From Prevotella sp. (GTDB lineage Bacteria > Bacteroidota > Bacteroidia > Bacteroidales > Dysgonomonadaceae): a stretch of 35,246 bases of DNA. Location: contig JAITVV010000090.1 in the NCBI GenBank assembly GCA_031285625.1, positions 1 through 35,246 of the forward strand, given 5' to 3'. The position numbers were made by a program, and so were the translations under genes. Below the pieces are notes generated by a model, which saw nothing but the letters and a program-made list of their open reading frames with translations, was not told the DNA's origin and made no database searches. Below are positions 29,182 through 35,246 of this stretch, one piece after another. Position 1 is the stretch's first letter. Each line of letters begins with the position of its first letter.

Positions 29182-29314
29182 CAAAAGTAGATCGAAGTTT
29201 ATGCCTCGTGCGGTATTATTGTCCGGCCAAGGGGGTAAAAATGTACACCGAATGATTATCACCTGCTTTGAGGACAATAATACCCGTGTTAATTTTATAT
29301 AATATCAATATTTG
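29182..29314. promoter_or_regulatory. Divergent PUL promoter region with candidate HTCS operators
   Basis: Minus-strand -7 box TACTTTTG at 29182-29189. Motif copies at 29212-29224 (GGTATTATTGTCC) and 29234-29246, a perfect inverted copy at 29272-29284, and an imperfect plus-strand -7 box AATATTTG at 29307-29314. Confidence 0.7.
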
Positions 29315-29600
29315 TACAGGAATTTTAGACATCCTAATATATAAAATAGGAGATTAATCTTATGTGGAAATATTCTCTGTCTAGTACTGTTTTTTCTGCT
29401 GTTTTTCGCTTGAAAATTTAGTAGTTAATTCTATTTTACCAGGAAAGAGTATCCCCACTCCTAATAAAAAAATTCTTTTTTTATTAGAGAAAATTCCGAA
29501 AAGTGTTTTTCTTATTATTTAATATATAACACAAATTAATATGATGGACTTAAGTTCCCTCTATTAACCTTTTAATTAATTAACTCATTATTGAAATTCT

Positions 29601-32600
29601 ATGAAAGCAATGAAAATTAGATTTTTTTGCACTATAATGTGCATGTTCTTTCTTTTTATGGTTGCGCCGGTGAATTCATTTGCGACAGTAAATGAAGTAT
29701 ATCAGCAGTCGATAACCGTAAAAGGAAAAGTAACAGACAAAGACGGAGAACCTCTTCCCGGCGTTAGTATAATACTTAAAGGTACTACTACTGGTGTAAT
29801 GACTGATGTAGATGGTAAATATTCGATAAATGTACCGAATAGTAATGCAACTTTGACCATATCTTATATGGGATTTATACCACAAGAACACAAAGTAGGT
29901 AATAATATTACCCTTGACATAGTACTCGTTGAACAAAGTACAGTCCTCGACGAAGTTGTAGTTGTAGGATATGGCGTGCAGAAGAAAGTAAATTTGACAG
30001 GTTCTGTGGCAGCAGTACAATCGGACAAGATAGAAAACCGTGCTGCTCCAAACCTCTCCACTATGCTTACAGGACTAGCTTCGGGCGTGTCGGTACGACA
30101 AGGTTCCGGAAATCCTGGTAGCGACGGAGCTAATATACGTATTCGTGGAATCGGTACCTTCGATGGTGACTACCGTTCCCCTTTAGTTATTGTTGACGGC
30201 GCAGAAGCCGATATGAACTCTTTGAACCCTGAAGATGTAGAAAGTGTGAGTGTACTTAAGGATGCGGCATCAGCTGCTATTTACGGGTCCCGAGGAGCAA
30301 ATGGAGTAATCTTGGTTACTACTAAAAAAGGAAGAAAGAATGTTGCTCCGAAAGTTACCTATACAGGCATTCTCTCACGAACTACAGCTAGCAGGGTATT
30401 CGATTTTATTTCAGATTATGCCGAATATATGGAATTGTATAATATGGCCGAATTCTCTGCCAATCCCAAAGCTATAAGTACATATGATGCAAATGAAATT
30501 GCGGCATGGAGAGCAGCCAAGTCTGATAGGAACGGTATATATACCGATCCGGATACAGGAAATCAGGTTCCTAATTATCTTGCATATCCTAATACTAATT
30601 GGAGTGATATTCTCTTTGCTCCTACACATTCTCAGAAGCATACGCTATCAGTATCGGGTGGTAGCCAGAACAGTAATTACCTGATGTCTTTGGGGTATTT
30701 TGAAGCACCCGGCACACTCGAAAATACAGGAATAGACCAATTTAATGCACGTGTGAATGTAGAAAGTCAGATTACTAAATTTCTCAAGATAGGAACACAA
30801 ACTTATGCCATGCGGCAACGCAAAGATCCGGGAAATCTGGATCAGGTAAATACATATCGTTTCCAAACGGTCGGTGGTATTGTCCCGATTCATGATGGTA
30901 AATACGGAGGTCCTGAAAGTCCTAATGAGAAAAATGATGTACGGAATCCTCTTCGGGATGTAAATGCTATAGGAGGAAAAAATACGACTACACGTATTAA
31001 TACGACATGGTATGCTGAAGCAGAATTCTATAAAAACCTCATTGGACGGGCAAGTATAAACTACCAGAATTATTTCTATGAAAAGAAAAACCACTCTCGT
31101 CATTTAGACAGTTACACTTTTCGTAAAGGCACCATATCGATACCCGGTACTAGTCTTGGAAATGCTACTACTACACGTGCCTATGAAAAACAAGAGCAGT
31201 ATACGGCGAATATCACACTTAATTACAATACAACCTTTGCCGATAACCACTACATAGGGGTAATGCTTGGTTATGACCAATTTTACTTCAACAGGTCAGG
31301 AGTAAGTGCAAGAAGAAAAGGACTACTGAGCTTTGATGTTCCTGATATAACTACAGGTGCGGAAATGGATGATATAAGTGGTAATCCGGGTCAGGAAAAG
31401 AACGAAAATAAACCCGAAATGGATTATGCAATGCTTTCCTATTTCGGACGTTTGAATTATGCTTATAAAAACCGCTATCTGTTCGAAGCTAATTTCCGTC
31501 GCGATGGGGCCTCCCGCTTCTCCCCGGACAACAGATGGGGAACTTTCCCTTCATTTTCTGCCGGCTGGCGAATTAATGAAGAACCTTTTTTCGAACCGTT
31601 GAGAGACAAAGTAAGTAACCTCAAGCTTCGCGCTTCATGGGGAAAATTAGGCAATACTACTTCCGGATATTACGACTGGCAAGCTGTATATGCTAAGGCT
31701 AACTATGCATTCGGGAATGTTATTTCTGATGGTGTAGCAATTTCAAAGATCGCAAACTCACTGTTAAAATGGGAAAGTGTGACATCTACAGGTATTGGCT
31801 TGGATGCATCATTCCTAAATTCCCGCTTGTCTTTAGAATTTGATTATTACAACAAGCTTACAAAAGGTATCCTCACTTCTCCTGCTATGTATCTGACTAT
31901 GGGTACAGCCACTGCACCTACCTTAAATACATCCGATATGAGAAACAAAGGATTGGAAATTACAATAGGCTGGAATGATAAAATAGGTAATGTCCGTTAT
32001 GCTGTAAGTGGTAATTTCTCATATAATACGAATAAAGTGGTAAAATATCTCGGTAAACTTGATGAAGGTTGGGTAGAAGAGAATGGAAAAATGGTATATA
32101 AAAGCAACTTAGGTGAGACCAGCACCACCGGGTCTGAGACAGGATCGATACGTCTCGAAGGACATATGTTTGATGAGTATTACCTTCGTAAACGTTATAA
32201 AGGCACTGGAACTTATTACAATTCGGATGGAAGCGTAAATCCGGGTGGAGGTCCTAAAGACGGTATGATACGTACCGAAGCAGACCTAAAATGGGTACAG
32301 GATATGATCGCAGCTAAATACTCCTTTAACGGAGCAGCAGTAAAACAGGATGGAGGCTTATGGTACGGCGAATACATTTATGGTGACCTCAACGATGATG
32401 GAAATTATGGAAATACCTATGACCGTGAGTTTTCAGGTAAGTCGGCAGCACCTAAATATAACTTTGGTTTGAATCTGTCTGCCGAATGGAAAGGATTTGA
32501 TATCAGTATGACATGGGCCGGAGCAGGCGGCTTCTGGTATTACCTGAGAGAAAGAGGAGCTAATCAAAATAATCTGTCTTCTAAAACAGATGTTTTACCT

Positions 32601-32972
32601 CTGGATACCCGGGACAAGTTTTATTATCTGGCTTATGATCAGGCAACCGGTGCACCTGTATGGAACGACCCTTCCAATAATCTAACAGCTGAATATGCAC
32701 GTCTGCGTACAGGTGGGGACGGTACTTATGTAGCAAACGACCAGTTTCTTTACGATGCAAGCTATCTGAAACTCAAAAATCTACAGATTGGTTACACATT
32801 CCCTAAAGAATGGATGCGTAAAGCATTTATTGAGAATCTACGGGTATTTGTTACAGGAGAAAACCTGCTTACTATTACCGGTTATCCGGGCGTCGATCCG
32901 GAAATAGGCAGCGGATTGAATATATACCCTATCTCACGTCAACTTTCAGTGGGTGTAAATGTTAGTTTTTAA
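29601..32972 (+). CDS. SusC/RagA family TonB-dependent transporter
   Basis: CarboxypepD_reg-like N-terminal domain, LDEVVVVGYG, plug motif VLKDAASAAIYGSRGANGVILVTTK, R.DGASRF, and a C-terminal Phe. Confidence 0.97.
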   Translation: MKAMKIRFFCTIMCMFFLFMVAPVNSFATVNEVYQQSITVKGKVTDKDGEPLPGVSIILKGTTTGVMTDVDGKYSINVPNSNATLTISYMGFIPQEHKVGNNITLDIVLVEQSTVLDEVVVVGYGVQKKVNLTGSVAAVQSDKIENRAAPNLSTMLTGLASGVSVRQGSGNPGSDGANIRIRGIGTFDGDYRSPLVIVDGAEADMNSLNPEDVESVSVLKDAASAAIYGSRGANGVILVTTKKGRKNVAPKVTYTGILSRTTASRVFDFISDYAEYMELYNMAEFSANPKAISTYDANEIAAWRAAKSDRNGIYTDPDTGNQVPNYLAYPNTNWSDILFAPTHSQKHTLSVSGGSQNSNYLMSLGYFEAPGTLENTGIDQFNARVNVESQITKFLKIGTQTYAMRQRKDPGNLDQVNTYRFQTVGGIVPIHDGKYGGPESPNEKNDVRNPLRDVNAIGGKNTTTRINTTWYAEAEFYKNLIGRASINYQNYFYEKKNHSRHLDSYTFRKGTISIPGTSLGNATTTRAYEKQEQYTANITLNYNTTFADNHYIGVMLGYDQFYFNRSGVSARRKGLLSFDVPDITTGAEMDDISGNPGQEKNENKPEMDYAMLSYFGRLNYAYKNRYLFEANFRRDGASRFSPDNRWGTFPSFSAGWRINEEPFFEPLRDKVSNLKLRASWGKLGNTTSGYYDWQAVYAKANYAFGNVISDGVAISKIANSLLKWESVTSTGIGLDASFLNSRLSLEFDYYNKLTKGILTSPAMYLTMGTATAPTLNTSDMRNKGLEITIGWNDKIGNVRYAVSGNFSYNTNKVVKYLGKLDEGWVEENGKMVYKSNLGETSTTGSETGSIRLEGHMFDEYYLRKRYKGTGTYYNSDGSVNPGGGPKDGMIRTEADLKWVQDMIAAKYSFNGAAVKQDGGLWYGEYIYGDLNDDGNYGNTYDREFSGKSAAPKYNFGLNLSAEWKGFDISMTWAGAGGFWYYLRERGANQNNLSSKTDVLPLDTRDKFYYLAYDQATGAPVWNDPSNNLTAEYARLRTGGDGTYVANDQFLYDASYLKLKNLQIGYTFPKEWMRKAFIENLRVFVTGENLLTITGYPGVDPEIGSGLNIYPISRQLSVGVNVSF

Positions 32973-32988
32973 CCTTAAAAAAAAAGTT

Positions 32989-34887
32989 ATGAAAAAATAC
33001 AGTATAATATTAGTAATTGCTATTGTAATATTCGGAAATTACAGTTGTACAGATTTATTGGATACTGATCCGTATAACGCATTATCGTCACAAAGTATGT
33101 GGCAATCCGAAGAATCGGTAGATCAGGGTGTGAGAGGTATTTACTCTGCATTATATGATTGGGCTCCCGGAGCTTATGATGCTGATTATGAGAAAAATTA
33201 TGGAAGTACATTTGGATTTGAACGCTGGGCTGTAACCGGACAATTATATGGAGCCGAATCTTTGACAAGTGGCTCTATTAATCCCAGTAGCGCTTATTTT
33301 AGTAAAACCTGGCAGAAGCTTTATGAAGGCGTTCACCGCTCCAATGATGCTATTACCAATATCCCTGCCAAATCACCGGCTTCTGCTGAAAAGAATGCAC
33401 GATTAATAGCAGAATCCAAATTTCTACGTGCTTATTTTTATTTCCGCTTAAATGAGTTATTTGGCCGCGATGGGCTCGGTGTCCCGATTTATACTGAACC
33501 GATAGCTGTAGCAGATGCTATAAAAGGGCAATCTTCCGAAGATGAAGTATGGTCTCTTATTATTAGTGACCTTACCGATGCTATTAATGAGCCAAACCTC
33601 CCGAATAGGGAAACTACAGGACGAGTTAGTAAGGGAGCTGCTTACGCATTGCGCGGCAAAGCATATCTTTACCAAGGTTCGAAATATGCAGCAAACGGAA
33701 CTGTTTCTAAAAATGACGATTTACTAAATAAAGCTATTGCCGATTTTAATGAAGTCGCGAAATGTGGTTACGGACTATTTCAGGGCGGCTACAAAGAATT
33801 ATTTACAGAGGCTAATGAACACAGTCAGGAAATGATCTTCAGTATTCAGCATACAGCAGATGCTGGCTATGGCACTATTTCTCAAAAATTTGTAGGTAGT
33901 CGTTTCGCGTACTCAGGCACAGCTAACGGTTGGGGAAATCAGACACCTGCACCCGGAGGTTTGGATTTTTTTGAAAATGTCAATGGAACTCCTTTCAGTT
34001 GGGACGATATAATCCCAGGATACAGTGCGCTTGAACCAGCCGACCGTGCAGTATATTTTATGCGCGATACATTAGATGCATCGGGAGCAATTATCAAGCA
34101 GGAAGGTAATGGAGCTCCTCTGGACCTAACAGTGCGCACAAAAGTAAGAAACATCGTAAATGCCGCTTCGGAAACAAAAGATAAATATCTACCATATGGT
34201 AATGAAGCCCGTATCAGAAAAGTATATACCGATAGAGACCCCCGCCTTGAAGCGAATTTTATTACACCCTATGCCGGATTTATAGGTGGATATAGTTTCG
34301 CCGGAGATGGTAATGCCATGGAAGTGTTTTCAAGATGGCCTCTTGGCTCTAATAGTGCAGCTCCGGCAGTTAGTCAAAGAGCAGATATAGCTACAGATGA
34401 TGGCAGCAATTTCACTTATTTCCATCGTAAATTTGTTTATGAAGGAGCTGGACTTGCGCGCAGAGAAGACGGACCACTTGATGAGCCTCTTATCCGTTAT
34501 GCAAATGTTTTACTTTGGCAGGCAGAAGCTTACGTGGAATTAAATCAACTGGATAAGGCAAAAGCGAATGTAAAGCAAGTGCGGGATCGCGTTAGTATGC
34601 CCACTCTGGATATCTATTTCGCAGATCAAGCTTCAGCCCGAAACTATGTTCGTGATGAGCGTCGCCGTGAATTTGTAAATGAAGGTGTTAATTTTTTCGA
34701 CGAAATGCGCTGGCGTACATGGAAAGAAATGAAATTTGAAAAAGGACAAGGAACAAAAGGTGTCTGGGGTAACTTTATTCGTACCTATTCCTGGCCTAGT
34801 GCCAATGACCTGTATATCTGGCCTGTTCCTCTATCTGAAATTCAAAAAAATCCAAATTTGACTCAAACTCCTGGATGGCAATACTAG
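32989..34887 (+). CDS. SusD/RagB family glycan-binding outer-membrane lipoprotein
   Basis: Start reassigned to the ATG at 32989 (MKKYSIILV...NYSC lipobox). Motifs AESKFLRAYFYF.L, GRVSKGAA, IRYA.VLL..AEA and ERRREF..EG..FFD..RW. Confidence 0.95.
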   Translation: MKKYSIILVIAIVIFGNYSCTDLLDTDPYNALSSQSMWQSEESVDQGVRGIYSALYDWAPGAYDADYEKNYGSTFGFERWAVTGQLYGAESLTSGSINPSSAYFSKTWQKLYEGVHRSNDAITNIPAKSPASAEKNARLIAESKFLRAYFYFRLNELFGRDGLGVPIYTEPIAVADAIKGQSSEDEVWSLIISDLTDAINEPNLPNRETTGRVSKGAAYALRGKAYLYQGSKYAANGTVSKNDDLLNKAIADFNEVAKCGYGLFQGGYKELFTEANEHSQEMIFSIQHTADAGYGTISQKFVGSRFAYSGTANGWGNQTPAPGGLDFFENVNGTPFSWDDIIPGYSALEPADRAVYFMRDTLDASGAIIKQEGNGAPLDLTVRTKVRNIVNAASETKDKYLPYGNEARIRKVYTDRDPRLEANFITPYAGFIGGYSFAGDGNAMEVFSRWPLGSNSAAPAVSQRADIATDDGSNFTYFHRKFVYEGAGLARREDGPLDEPLIRYANVLLWQAEAYVELNQLDKAKANVKQVRDRVSMPTLDIYFADQASARNYVRDERRREFVNEGVNFFDEMRWRTWKEMKFEKGQGTKGVWGNFIRTYSWPSANDLYIWPVPLSEIQKNPNLTQTPGWQY

Positions 34888-34899
34888 TGTAAGTGATAA

Positions 34900-34928
34900 T
34901 AAGGTTTGCCTATATTGGGCAAACCTTA
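34900..34928 (+). terminator. Stem-loop after susD (terminator or transcript-stabilising hairpin)
   Basis: TAAGGTTTGCC-TATATTG-GGCAAACCTTA with an 11-bp perfect stem. No clean U-tract follows. Confidence 0.65.
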
Positions 34929-35058
34929 ATATTCTTCATTTAATCTTTTGAGACAAAACAAGTATAAAATAAATCGCGACTATTCGGACGATTATTTGTA
35001 AACTTGTATACATAATATAAAATTAAGTTAAAGCTGTCTTTAAATAAATGCATCATCG

Positions 35059-35246
35059 ATGATTAAGAAAAACAACTATTTACTATTACTATTGTTAATA
35101 TTTTTATCGGCTCCTGTAGTCCTCCGGGCCCAACAGGACCATACCTTCGAAATAAAAGGCGGGGATTTTGTCTATGACGGCAAACCTGTAAGAATTATTT
35201 CAGGAGAGATGCACTATCCCCGTATACCTCACCAGTACTGGCGACA
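35059..35246 (+). CDS. GH35 beta-galactosidase, N-terminal part (runs off the window)
   Basis: Not in the ORF track. Reads MIKKNNYLLLLLLIFLSAPVVLRAQQDHTFEIKGGDFVYDGKPVRIISGEMHYPRIPHQYWR, a signal peptide plus the GH35 signature DGKP..IISGE.HY.R.P..YW. Confidence 0.9.
   Translation, partial: MIKKNNYLLLLLLIFLSAPVVLRAQQDHTFEIKGGDFVYDGKPVRIISGEMHYPRIPHQYWR

Noticed and set aside
29212-29284. 13-bp perfect inverted repeats as an invertible promoter
   Set aside because: The -7 boxes lie outside the repeats, no recombinase is nearby, and the same motif recurs as direct repeats at 17663-17697. An operator explains this better.
32959-32988. Upstream SusD start and A9 tract
   Set aside because: The A-rich stretch is a typical Bacteroidetes translation-initiation region, and the ATG at 32989 gives a proper lipoprotein signal.

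Overview
AT-rich Bacteroidales chromosomal window. Gene content, TAnnTTTG promoters and one protein family suggest a Dysgonomonas-like organism; this is inference. From left to right: (1) the GC-richer, decaying right end of a probable integrative element, with a frameshifted RNase H, a small conserved ORF, candidate integrase arm repeats and a REP-like palindrome; (2) a minus-strand operon of HAD phosphatase, SH3 protein, methyltransferase, YfhO and GT2; (3) nitroreductase, tyrosine phenol-lyase, a secreted metzincin protease with YDG/MBG modules and an unusual C-terminal domain, metG, sstT and a DUF2582-like wHTH gene; (4) about 1 kb of gene debris that the ORF track misses: a LytTR C-terminus, a frameshifted DGR-target-like (CLec/FISUMP) variable-region relic with a downstream hairpin, and an unknown pseudogene; (5) a polysaccharide utilization locus (PUL) with an alkaline-phosphatase-superfamily enzyme, hybrid two-component system (HTCS), GH95-like, GH88, PL33-like lyase, DUF2264/GH154, SusC, SusD and the start of a GH35. 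A shared 13-bp motif sits at identical spacing from the -7 promoter boxes of the phosphatase gene and the CAZyme operon, and in mirror image upstream of susC. This suggests the phosphatase belongs to the PUL regulon. No rRNA, tRNA or CRISPR array was seen. All family calls come from motif recognition, not database searches.
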